This document shows, one piece after another, positions 1-8,540 of a DNA stretch of 64,000 nucleotides. This stretch comes from a virus (Duplodnaviria; Caudoviricetes). A program made the position numbers and the translations under genes. Position 1 is the stretch's first letter. The number at the start of each line of letters is the position of its first letter. Location: positions 77,175 through 141,174 of the IMG/VR virus record IMGVR_UViG_3300028601_000023; one strand, written 5' to 3'. Under the pieces are notes generated by a model. It worked only from the letters and a program-made list of their open reading frames with translations, was not told where the DNA came from and ran no database searches.

Positions 1-684
1 CGGAAGAAAGGAAACGGAATCATCACCAAAGCAATCAAGGGAACTATCTCTCCCGAAGAAGCAAACCGAATTCGTTTTCATGTTTGGGATCTCATTGGAT
101 TCAGATCTTATAATGACTCAACCAAATATCCTACTGCTGGATATAGAGCTCGTCGAGAATCTCTCATTCACAGGATCACTCCATGTTCTCGAGTTGAAAT
201 GATTGAGTCCAAGATTGTCAACAATATTACAGAAGCAATTGCTCATTTCAAAGAGATGCTTGCGCTTGGACAAGAAGGAACCATCCTGAAGAATCTCGAT
301 TTCATTTGGGATGGCAAGAGGGTTCAAGATTGCGTCAAGTTCAAACTGATCATTGAGAATACTCTGAAATGTATTGATGTCAAGATCTCTATTGAGACCA
401 AATACGAAGGGCAAATTGGAGCTCTGATATGTGAATCAGCTGATAAGAAGGTTGTTGTTTCTGTTGGATCTGGATTGTCTGATGATGATCGTATTAAATA
501 TAGCATGGAATCGCCGATCGGAAAGTTCTTCGAAGTACGTTCTAATGGTTTGATCTCAGATGAATCAGGATGGTCATTGTATTTGCCGCGCTTGGTAGAA
601 GAACGCTTTGACAAGTCAGAAGCAGATGATTTTGAGACCATTGAAGCCCTGTCTAATGGATCACAAATGCTGCTGAATGAATAA
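1..684 (+). CDS. 30: ATP-dependent DNA ligase, T4 gp30-like (5'-truncated)
   Basis: Frame open from base 1: RKKGNGIITKAIKGTISPEE..FHVWD, then GQEGTILKN, KFK and SLYLPRLVEERFDK, typical of the T4-type ligase C-terminal half. Confidence 0.9.
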   Translation, partial: RKKGNGIITKAIKGTISPEEANRIRFHVWDLIGFRSYNDSTKYPTAGYRARRESLIHRITPCSRVEMIESKIVNNITEAIAHFKEMLALGQEGTILKNLDFIWDGKRVQDCVKFKLIIENTLKCIDVKISIETKYEGQIGALICESADKKVVVSVGSGLSDDDRIKYSMESPIGKFFEVRSNGLISDESGWSLYLPRLVEERFDKSEADDFETIEALSNGSQMLLNE

Positions 685-705
685 CAGATTACTAAATTCT
701 CTTTG

Positions 706-713
706 TATAAATA
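706..713 (+). promoter_or_regulatory. T4-type late promoter
   Basis: TATAAATA in the intergenic gap upstream of thyX. Confidence 0.55.
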
Positions 714-740
714 AATCCCCGCTTAAAAATATGGAGGCAT

Positions 741-1511
741 ATGAAAGTTACTTTGATAGGTATTTCCGTCCCAAACATTCAACAGACTTATCAGGAGGAT
801 TGTGATCCAGACAAAGTTGTTTATACAGCATTAGCACAATGCTACAACGATTCTTTCAATCCGTTATCAGACAAATATCCTTCTGTAGAAGAGATGAAAA
901 AGGTCATTAATCATGTAATAAAATCTGGCCATCATTCAGTAGCAGAACATGTCTATTTTAGTTTTCTAATTGAAGATGTTAGTAGAGCATTGACGCATCA
1001 GTTGGTACGTCATAGAATTGCGAGTTATTCACAGAAATCTCAACGATATACTGATGGATCATTCTTTTCTTATGTAGTTCCACCGACAATTGCGAAGAAT
1101 GATGATGATCGTAAAGCATATGTAGATCATATGGAATCTACTCAGAAGCTCTATGCTAAACTTGTAGATTCTGGTGTTCCTCATGAAGATGCTCGGTTTA
1201 TTCTACCAAATGCGTGCACGTCCAATATAGTAATGACAATGAATATTCGTTCATTGGGTGAGTTCTTTGCTAAGAGACTTTGTAAGAGAGCTCAATGGGA
1301 AATTCGTGATCTAGCATCTGTAATGGCTGTTAAACTACAAGATGTTGCTCCGACGTTTTTCAAAGATAATAAACTTGGATATGCTGCATGTATTCAGAAC
1401 GGTTTTTGTAAAGAAGGAAAGTCTTGTGGTATGATGCCGAAACTAGACGATCTAAAGAATGCTTATAAAATTCTACAGGTACAAAAAGATGAAGTATATA
1501 ACAGGCGATGA
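741..1511 (+). CDS. thyX: FAD-dependent thymidylate synthase ThyX
   Basis: GHHSVAEH, RHRIASYSQKSQRY signature, EDARFILPNA, AQWEIR. Confidence 0.96.
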   Translation: MKVTLIGISVPNIQQTYQEDCDPDKVVYTALAQCYNDSFNPLSDKYPSVEEMKKVINHVIKSGHHSVAEHVYFSFLIEDVSRALTHQLVRHRIASYSQKSQRYTDGSFFSYVVPPTIAKNDDDRKAYVDHMESTQKLYAKLVDSGVPHEDARFILPNACTSNIVMTMNIRSLGEFFAKRLCKRAQWEIRDLASVMAVKLQDVAPTFFKDNKLGYAACIQNGFCKEGKSCGMMPKLDDLKNAYKILQVQKDEVYNRR

Positions 1512-1716
1512 AGCAACAGAATATATTTCTAAGTTTGAAGATGAACTGAAAGCTCTATTAGAAAAGTATAAAGCTGAAGCCAATATAGAAGATAACTGGA
1601 ACGGATATTCTGAATGTGGTAGAGATCTTCATATTGTATTTGAACTAAAAGATTGTTTAAAAGAATTAGAATTCGGTTCTTGGATAGATAAAGATACCAA
1701 AGGTAAAATTGAATAA
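1489..1716 (+). CDS. hypothetical protein
   Basis: ORF between thyX and nrdD; ATG at 1489 preferred over the track start. Confidence 0.6.
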   Translation: MKYITGDEATEYISKFEDELKALLEKYKAEANIEDNWNGYSECGRDLHIVFELKDCLKELEFGSWIDKDTKGKIE

Positions 1717-1734
1717 AGGAGATATATCGAAAGA

Positions 1735-3540
1735 ATGGCTAAAAAGTTAAAACCAATGGTCCGGTTGAATAAGGATCAGATCGAGCAGAAACAATTATTT
1801 ATTGATAGCTACAAAGGAGCGAAGAACGCTGCTATTGGATCTTCAGTAGATGCTAACTCAAATGTGGTATCTAAAACTGTTGCAACTCTTGGTGCTGAAT
1901 TATTTAAGGATTTTCATATTCAGATTAATAGAAAAACGGTCTATGATAAAATTGCTGAGATGTTCGATCAAGAAACAGCTGACAAATACGTAGAATGGTT
2001 AGAAGACCATCGAATCTATAGACATGATGAGACTGCTCAAACTCCTGGGACTCCATATTGTGTTGCTATCAATATGTATCCCTTTCTTGAACATGGCATG
2101 ACTAGACTCGGTGGAGAATCAAAAGCTCCTAAACATTTAGAATCTTATTGTGGATCCTTTATCAATTTGGTCTTTGCTATTAGTTCTCAGTTTGCTGGTG
2201 CTGTTGCTACTGTAGAATTCTTATTGTACTTTCACTATTTTGCTAAGAAGGACTATGGTGTCGATTATCTCCATACAGAAACCGAGAGAGTCAAATCAAA
2301 ACTTCAACATGTAGTATATTCTTTAAATCAACCCGCTGCAGCAAGGGGCTGGCAATCTGTATTTTGGAATGTTTCTGTATTTGATAGATACTTCTATGAA
2401 TCTATGTTTGGTAACTTTATGTTTCCAGACTTTACAAAAGTAGACTATGATGAATTCAACGAAATGCAGAAGTTCTTTCTTGAATGGCTATTAGATGAAA
2501 GATCTAAGTCTTTGCTAACCTTTCCAGTACTAACGGAAGCTTCTTTGAATGCAGAAGATGATGCAAAGGATTTAGAATGGGCTGACTTTATTGCAGAAAT
2601 ACGCGCAAAAGGTTTATCTATGTTTTCTTTTAATGATAAAACAGCATCAAGTTTGTCCAGCTGCTGCAGATTAGCCTCAAAGCTAGATGATACCATAAAC
2701 GATTTCTCATTCTCACTTGGGGCAGGCGGTGTTAGTACAGGAAGTACTAGTGTCATTACAATCAATATAAACAATGTAATACAGAAAGGTTATGAATTAG
2801 AAGAAACAATCAAAGAAGTACAGAAGTTCCAGGTTGCAAATAGAAAACTTGTAGAAGAATATGTTTCTGATGGATTGCTTCCCGCTTATAACGCAGGATT
2901 TATTAGTCTAGATAAACAGTTCGTCACACTTGGCGTTCTTGGACTAAACGAAGCAGCTGAGTATCTCGGTTATACAGTTGGCAACAATGACGCGTATAAA
3001 GATTGGGCTGCTGGGATTTTCAAATTGTTCTCGGATCTTAATTCTGAAGCTCGTCAAAAATACGGCATCAAATTCAATACTGAGTGTGTTCCTGGAGAAT
3101 CTCTAGGTGTCAAGTTTGCTAATTGGGATAAAGAAGCTGGTCTAAAAGTAAATCGTGATTGTTATAATTCATATATGTATCTACCAGAATCAACTGATAC
3201 TTCTATTCCAGACAAGTTTCAGCTTCATGGTGGAAATATTGCAGAAATGCAAGATGGCGGTTCTGCTCTACATTGTAATCTATCTCAGCTACCAGACAAA
3301 GAACTCTTCAGATGGCTTCGTAAACTTGCTGCTGTCTATGGAACAAAATATTGGACAACCAATGTTCTGACATCAGTCTGTGAAGAATGCGGTCATATTG
3401 ATATGAGAACAGTTGATGTGTGTTCTGTTTGTGGATCAACAAATATCAACTGGGCTACACGTGTTATCGGATATCTTCGTAAAATTGCCAACTATTCTGA
3501 AGGTAGACAGAAAGAAGCAGCTATCAGATATTACCACTAA
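1735..3540 (+). CDS. nrdD: anaerobic (class III) ribonucleoside-triphosphate reductase
   Basis: SSCCRL active-site loop, CEECG/CSVCG Zn ribbon, C-terminal RVIGYL glycyl-radical motif. Confidence 0.95.
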   Translation: MAKKLKPMVRLNKDQIEQKQLFIDSYKGAKNAAIGSSVDANSNVVSKTVATLGAELFKDFHIQINRKTVYDKIAEMFDQETADKYVEWLEDHRIYRHDETAQTPGTPYCVAINMYPFLEHGMTRLGGESKAPKHLESYCGSFINLVFAISSQFAGAVATVEFLLYFHYFAKKDYGVDYLHTETERVKSKLQHVVYSLNQPAAARGWQSVFWNVSVFDRYFYESMFGNFMFPDFTKVDYDEFNEMQKFFLEWLLDERSKSLLTFPVLTEASLNAEDDAKDLEWADFIAEIRAKGLSMFSFNDKTASSLSSCCRLASKLDDTINDFSFSLGAGGVSTGSTSVITININNVIQKGYELEETIKEVQKFQVANRKLVEEYVSDGLLPAYNAGFISLDKQFVTLGVLGLNEAAEYLGYTVGNNDAYKDWAAGIFKLFSDLNSEARQKYGIKFNTECVPGESLGVKFANWDKEAGLKVNRDCYNSYMYLPESTDTSIPDKFQLHGGNIAEMQDGGSALHCNLSQLPDKELFRWLRKLAAVYGTKYWTTNVLTSVCEECGHIDMRTVDVCSVCGSTNINWATRVIGYLRKIANYSEGRQKEAAIRYYH

Positions 3541-3555
3541 AATAAATAAAAGTTG

Positions 3556-3621
3556 TTGACATCTAGACTCCGAATGGTTATTCTAATCTTAATTGAACGG
3601 AAACATATAACCATTCGGAGT
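3556..3621 (+). promoter_or_regulatory. sigma70-type early promoter with anti-SD inverted repeat
   Basis: TTGACA 3556-3561, 17 bp, TATTCT 3579-3584; ACTCCGAATGGTTA (3567-3580) is the reverse complement of TAACCATTCGGAGT (3608-3621, RBS). Confidence 0.85.
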
Positions 3622-3625
3622 TATC

Positions 3626-3886
3626 ATGCTTTACCACCCCACTTACACTGCCGCAATTTCTACTGCTCTTGATTCCGCTGAAGAACTCGGTTATTCCTAT
3701 GATGAAAATGAATACTTTGATACAATAGCAATCGGAACATCTCGTCCAAAAGTTGGCGAGACTTCGAGATTCTCCCTTAGACTTCGTCACAATAGCATGA
3801 AAGCCACTGATGCTGATGTATATATTCATGTACAGGTTTATGGAATGGAATCTGGAATGTACGAACTTAACTTTTATATTCTGTAA
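3626..3886 (+). CDS. hypothetical early protein
   Basis: GGAG SD, directly behind an early promoter. Confidence 0.75.
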   Translation: MLYHPTYTAAISTALDSAEELGYSYDENEYFDTIAIGTSRPKVGETSRFSLRLRHNSMKATDADVYIHVQVYGMESGMYELNFYIL

Positions 3887-3894
3887 AACAATTA

Positions 3895-3923
3895 TTGACA
3901 TTCTATAAGCTATTAGTTATTCT
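3895..3923 (+). promoter_or_regulatory. sigma70-type early promoter
   Basis: TTGACA-N17-TATTCT followed by the shared AAACTCAATTGAAC leader. Confidence 0.85.
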
Positions 3924-3959
3924 AAACTCAATTGAACAACAAATCCCTGGAGGATTAAG

Positions 3960-4337
3960 ATGAACACACGATTTCATTATACTGATTTTTCAGTTTATTC
4001 CGACCTCTACAAAGACGTTTATGGATTTCGTCCTCGCAGTATTCCTTTCACAACAGTTGCAGAGTATCGAGCCGAGATGACACAACTCAGTGAGATGCTC
4101 AAAGATGACATTTCTGTAGAAAAACAAGAAATAAAATTTGCAGTTGATAGATTCAATCAAATTGTGTCTGATACCATGAATACTTGTAATTGTTCATGGA
4201 AAAAGGCTATTGATTTTTTAATGGATGCAGAAGACAATGTATATGTTTCTGATGATATGGAATTCTTTCTGTATCATTATGGAATCTATGGGAATCTAGC
4301 GTATGAGATTATCAGAAAGTACAAGGAGGAAAACTAA
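3960..4337 (+). CDS. conserved hypothetical phage protein
   Basis: YSDLYKDVYGFRPR motif recurrent in myophage early proteins; GGAGG SD. Confidence 0.75.
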   Translation: MNTRFHYTDFSVYSDLYKDVYGFRPRSIPFTTVAEYRAEMTQLSEMLKDDISVEKQEIKFAVDRFNQIVSDTMNTCNCSWKKAIDFLMDAEDNVYVSDDMEFFLYHYGIYGNLAYEIIRKYKEEN

Positions 4338-4338
4338 A

Positions 4339-4524
4339 ATGTTCGCAGATATTTATGTCAGAGACGGATACGGAGATACAATTATCAGACGCAAGCAGGT
4401 GAAGCATTGTCCTCATAAAGGTGAACGAGTCGAGTTGGATGGTGTATACTATAATATTGTCGATATAGTTCATCGTCTTGATTATGATTGTTTTAACCTT
4501 ATTTTGGAGAGGAGCTACAAATGA
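4339..4524 (+). CDS. hypothetical protein
   Basis: AGGAGG SD before ATG 4339; ATGA overlap with the next gene. Confidence 0.65.
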   Translation: MFADIYVRDGYGDTIIRRKQVKHCPHKGERVELDGVYYNIVDIVHRLDYDCFNLILERSYK

Positions 4525-4901
4525 AACTCGCTATTGTCGGATCCAGAACGTTTACCGATTATCTGTTTTTAGAATCTACTATAATGACTAGGATAAATAA
4601 AACTGTAACTGAGATCGTTTCTGGTGGAGCTCCTGGTGCTGATAGTCTTGCTGAAGATTTCGCAAAGAAGTTCCGACTGAAAATGAAAGTATTCCCTGCA
4701 GATTGGAAAGGGCTTGGAAAGAAAGCTGGATATCTTCGGAATATTTCTATTATAGAATATTCTGATATTGTAATTGCTTTTTGGGATTTTGTTTCTCCTG
4801 GAACAAAATCATCTATTAACCTTGCTTATAAGATGCACAAGGAATTGCATATCATCGACGTACGAACCAATAAAAATGGAGTTTATAATGAAAACATTTA
4901 A
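4521..4901 (+). CDS. SLOG/DUF2493 (YspA-like) family protein
   Basis: MKLAIVGSR, IVSGGAPGADSLAE, AGYLRN, AFWD..SPGT. Confidence 0.85.
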   Translation: MKLAIVGSRTFTDYLFLESTIMTRINKTVTEIVSGGAPGADSLAEDFAKKFRLKMKVFPADWKGLGKKAGYLRNISIIEYSDIVIAFWDFVSPGTKSSINLAYKMHKELHIIDVRTNKNGVYNENI

Positions 4902-5622
4902 GGAATTCATAGAAGAAGCAACTAAGGAAATGACCCTCAAACAGGTCATGAAGAAAATCAATGACGGCTACTGGGAAGCCGAACAAGATATGAAAGTTGG
5001 TCGTCACGCTATCCTTAGAGATATCAGGACCAAGAAACGGATCACTGTCTATATCAAGGAAGATCTAAACGAAGAATTTAAGACGGGTGATTACGTAAAA
5101 CACACAAAAAGTGGCGTTGTTGGCAAGATTGTGAATGTTGCCAGCGATAAGGCCGCCGTCGATGTCAAATGGAATAGTGGAAAAACCACTACAACTGATC
5201 CAAAGAAATTGACTAAATTCAATCTAAAGGAAGATCTAATCGAAGCTGCTCAAGAAAAAGATCTTGATCCTAAGAAGAAGATCGTTGTCAAAGGTGTCAA
5301 GGGAGCAAAGTCCAAGCCTTTCGTAAAGAAATTCAGAAATATGGACGCATACGAAAAGTGGACTGATTCTGATGAGTTTGGTGATTTCGAAGTTCATCAG
5401 ATTATGAATGAGTCTGATGAAGATAATTATATCAATGAAGCTGAGGACGTACACAACTTTATTAGTGACATGATCATGGACTTCGAAAAGAAACTTGAAA
5501 GTGTCATTTCAAAGGGTGCTAAGTCGATTGATCCAACTGTTCTTAAAGAACTCAAGAAACTTGAAGCTGAATGTGGCAAAGTTCGCAAAGGTAAATTACA
5601 CGACGTTAGACCTGGGCGTTAA
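4888..5622 (+). CDS. putative internal head protein (polyprotein-like) with capsid-targeting sequence
   Basis: N-terminus MKTFKEFIEE resembles the T4 IP targeting sequence MKTYQEFIAE; several internal (L/I/M)xE sites. Confidence 0.7.
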   Translation: MKTFKEFIEEATKEMTLKQVMKKINDGYWEAEQDMKVGRHAILRDIRTKKRITVYIKEDLNEEFKTGDYVKHTKSGVVGKIVNVASDKAAVDVKWNSGKTTTTDPKKLTKFNLKEDLIEAAQEKDLDPKKKIVVKGVKGAKSKPFVKKFRNMDAYEKWTDSDEFGDFEVHQIMNESDEDNYINEAEDVHNFISDMIMDFEKKLESVISKGAKSIDPTVLKELKKLEAECGKVRKGKLHDVRPGR

Positions 5623-5623
5623 T

Positions 5624-6034
5624 ATGAAAACGTTCACAGAATATATCAATGAGAGCTTTACAGTTAAAGCTGGCCTTCAGGGAGCTCTCAATGTCAATGG
5701 TAAAGACATTGCTAAAGTTGTAAAGCATGGAAACAATGTCTTTATTATGATTGACAAAAAAGACGGTGACAAAAATCGTCTTCTGGTTCCAGGTGGAAAA
5801 GATATGCTATCATCTGAGATAGTTGATTGGTTTACATCTTATCTCAAAAAGAATCCAAAGGTTCTGTCTGAAGATTTAGAAGAAGCGTATACTCTTTCTG
5901 GAACTCCCGAAGAAGCAAAGAAAGCGATAGATCAATACATGAAAGCTATCCAGGGTCTTGGAATTTCAAAAGAAATTGTCAAGGCTGGTGTAGATGCTAT
6001 CATGGCAAACTTCAAAAAGGATTGTAAAAAATGA
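5624..6034 (+). CDS. putative internal head protein
   Basis: N-terminus MKTFTEYINES; internal LSEDLEEA. Confidence 0.7.
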   Translation: MKTFTEYINESFTVKAGLQGALNVNGKDIAKVVKHGNNVFIMIDKKDGDKNRLLVPGGKDMLSSEIVDWFTSYLKKNPKVLSEDLEEAYTLSGTPEEAKKAIDQYMKAIQGLGISKEIVKAGVDAIMANFKKDCKK

Positions 6035-6303
6035 AAACATTTAGCGAATATTTGAATGAGTCTATTGATTATACAAAGAAAAAACATCCAGATGGCGGAG
6101 AGCTCGCAATTCTCATAAATCCTTTGAAAAATGATGGCGAAGATGGAAAGTATACAGTAGTGCTTCGTCCGAATAGAAAAAAAGGATCAATAAAAACTCG
6201 AAAATCTATAAACATACAATCTTTTAATAATCTTCATGATGCTGAAAAGGCAAAAAAAGAATATGCTATAAAATTTGGTTATGGTATAGTAGGATCGAAA
6301 TAA
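6031..6303 (+). CDS. putative internal head protein
   Basis: N-terminus MKTFSEYLNES; basic. Confidence 0.7.
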   Translation: MKTFSEYLNESIDYTKKKHPDGGELAILINPLKNDGEDGKYTVVLRPNRKKGSIKTRKSINIQSFNNLHDAEKAKKEYAIKFGYGIVGSK

Positions 6304-6825
6304 ATGATCAATTATTCACTCTTTGTAGAACTCTGTGATCTAGTAGAAAAGTATAAAGACCGTTATGAGGAATCTAAACGGTCTCATATTGAAAAGGTCA
6401 TAACAAACGGAAAGAAACTGTTCTATTCTGGAATGTTTCCGACACTACCAGATCTGTTTTTGTCTGAACTAGAATCTCATGACAATACAAAGTTCTACTC
6501 TGATGAATATTTTGGAGCAGTCCTTCGGCACGCTGTTAATTTCTGTGGTGCTAAATATCCCTCTAAAGATATAGAAGACTTTGCTAATAGTTCAATTGAT
6601 ACCCATAAGAAATTGAATTCTCATCATCCAGAGAGCTTTCTAAACCCAAATGATATGACTCTAATGCATCTTGCTTTAATGATATCTGACTGGGAAGCTG
6701 TTGCGTCAGAGGAAAAGAATTCTACTAGAGAATGGTGGAACAAGGTCAAGGGCAACTATAACTTTGATGATGAACATGTATATATGATTGAACGACTGAT
6801 TTGGTTTTTTGAGAACTATTCATGA
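6304..6825 (+). CDS. HD-like phosphohydrolase (DUF5662-like)
   Basis: H...HDNTKF...H..LNSHHPE...MISDWEA pattern. Confidence 0.6.
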   Translation: MINYSLFVELCDLVEKYKDRYEESKRSHIEKVITNGKKLFYSGMFPTLPDLFLSELESHDNTKFYSDEYFGAVLRHAVNFCGAKYPSKDIEDFANSSIDTHKKLNSHHPESFLNPNDMTLMHLALMISDWEAVASEEKNSTREWWNKVKGNYNFDDEHVYMIERLIWFFENYS

Positions 6826-7244
6826 TAACCTTTACTACCTTTCTAAATGAGTCTGTTCTAAAAGTAAAGAACAAGTCTCTATCAGTTGTCTCTGCTGACA
6901 GGAACAAACTTGTCAGCATCAATATTAAAAAATTTGATGAAGCTTTCAAGAAGTCTAATATGTATATCGGTCCTGGTGGATCTGGATCTATTCATGGTAG
7001 ATATAAACGGTTTGGAATATTTGTCTTTGGTGGAGTAGAAGATATTGGAGGAGGGATCAAGATTCCCTCCAAAGGTGTTGATTCAATTGAAGCTCCACAG
7101 GTTTCAGTCAATGACATCGGAGAGATCAGCTTTACCAATGGCCGGCATAGATATGCATGGCTTCGAGACAACAAAGCTGATAAGATTTTTGTTTCAATGG
7201 ATCCGACATCGATCAAGAACGCCAAGGACTTTGGATACATTTAA
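6822..7244 (+). CDS. ParB/Srx-like domain protein with capsid-targeting-like N-terminus
   Basis: MITFTTFLNES leader; ISFTNGRHRYAWL resembles the ParB-N (D/N)GxHR motif. Confidence 0.55.
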   Translation: MITFTTFLNESVLKVKNKSLSVVSADRNKLVSINIKKFDEAFKKSNMYIGPGGSGSIHGRYKRFGIFVFGGVEDIGGGIKIPSKGVDSIEAPQVSVNDIGEISFTNGRHRYAWLRDNKADKIFVSMDPTSIKNAKDFGYI

Positions 7245-7282
7245 AGACTTTCAAGCGCCGCAACGAAACAGTCAATAATATC

Positions 7283-7304
7283 GGGACCTTACGGTCCCTT
7301 TTTT
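7283..7304 (+). terminator. intrinsic terminator
   Basis: GGGACC-TTAC-GGTCCC followed by T6. Confidence 0.85.
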
Positions 7305-7315
7305 AATTTTCTGCT

Positions 7316-7830
7316 AATTTTGTTGGTAAATATACAGCAATTTTCGTCAATTTCGGGAATAGTCAATTAATTCAACAGGTTAGATGAAATATAGACACAC
7401 TCTAAGTGGTTGATTTAATTCAACAAAAAAAGATACCGTTATTTTCCACAACATTTTTCGTAAATCACAAAAGTGAACCGTTTAAAGTAGACAGCTGAAG
7501 GTTTTCTATATGTATTTCGCTGAATATTCTACTAGAGAAGAGCGAAGCTAAATCTTTCCACTGAGGGAACCGAAGTGGATGTCCGCAAGGACAAAACTCT
7601 GATGAGATTTTATTAGATCACCGGAGTGAATACTTAAAGTAGACAGCTGAAAGTATTTTTAGACTAAAACTTTAGAGTCTCTAAGGTGGGCGGTAAAAAG
7701 TATATCTAAATCGTTCTATGAAATTCTATTTCAATTAATGATCAACCAATTTCTTCTATTGCCTCTAATTGTTCCCTAGCGGGAAATGGCCTCGGTTCCC
7801 TTCGGCCAAAGTTTTAATGGTTTCTATAAA
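7316..7830. repeat. non-coding hairpin element, copy A (candidate replication origin or structured RNA)
   Basis: 7316-7463 matches 44097-44244 (143/148) and 7540-7680 matches 44320-44460 (140/141); ORF-free; multiple hairpins. Confidence 0.9.
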
Positions 7831-7997
7831 TATTTCTATGGAAACCTTCTATCAAATTTTCAACTAAGTTTCTATTAATTTTTATTCATTATTTCTATGT
7901 TATATCCATGTTTTATAGCTCCAAACTATATTTGCTTGTGACTAAGTATTCAAGATTATTGAAAATGATGAATTCGGCAACAATTTCAGCTATTCTA

Positions 7998-8026
7998 TTG
8001 ACAACTGAAGAATTTTGGAGTATATT
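7998..8026 (+). promoter_or_regulatory. sigma70-type promoter
   Basis: TTGACA-N17-TATATT upstream of nrdG. Confidence 0.8.
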
Positions 8027-8048
8027 AATCTTTTAACGGAGGATATCT

Positions 8049-8540
8049 ATGACTGAACAACTATCTCTATTGGCTTATCACAAACATCAATTCGTTCCGG
8101 TTGATAGAACACTTGAAATTTATTTTTCAGGATGTACTCATCAGTGTCCAGGATGTCATAACTCAGAACTATGGGAACGGACGTCTGAGAATACTACTTG
8201 GATCTCTCCTATGAATCTTGTTGAAGGCCTGTTAGACTACAAGGACATTGCTACATCGGTCCATATTCTTGGTGGGGAACCTTTGGACCAAGATCATCAA
8301 GCTCTTTATGTGTTTATTCATTTCCTTGACAGCGTTGGTTTCAAAAATATCATTTTCTTTACTGCAAATGATATATCAGAAAGCGATGTATCTAAAAGTA
8401 TTATGTTTGACTATTGTTCATTTGTCAAGGTTGGAGCTTATGATGAGTCCTTGACAGACGGTGCTTATGTTGATATTGAAACTGGAATCAAGTTAGCTTC
8501 ATCTAACCAGAAAATCTACAAAGGACGAAAACATGAGTAA
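8049..8540 (+). CDS. nrdG: anaerobic RNR activating enzyme (radical SAM)
   Basis: FSGCTHQCPGCHNSELW, LGGEPL, KVGAY, SSNQKI. Confidence 0.9.
   Translation: MTEQLSLLAYHKHQFVPVDRTLEIYFSGCTHQCPGCHNSELWERTSENTTWISPMNLVEGLLDYKDIATSVHILGGEPLDQDHQALYVFIHFLDSVGFKNIIFFTANDISESDVSKSIMFDYCSFVKVGAYDESLTDGAYVDIETGIKLASSNQKIYKGRKHE

Noticed and set aside
1735-3540. Intron or intein in nrdD
   Set aside because: The ORF is continuous and of normal length (601 aa) with no splicing motifs.
7575-7632. Hammerhead ribozyme (CTGATGAG near GTCC-GCAA-GGAC-AAAAC)
   Set aside because: The core elements are in the wrong order: CTGATGA is not followed by stem II plus GAAA, and the GTCC/GGAC stem is followed by AAAAC, not GAAAC.
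7316-7680. Assembly artefact as the explanation for the duplicated element
   Set aside because: The copies differ by a 5-nt patch, a SNP and a divergent interior of about 76 nt that keeps a hairpin, and their downstream hairpins have different stems.
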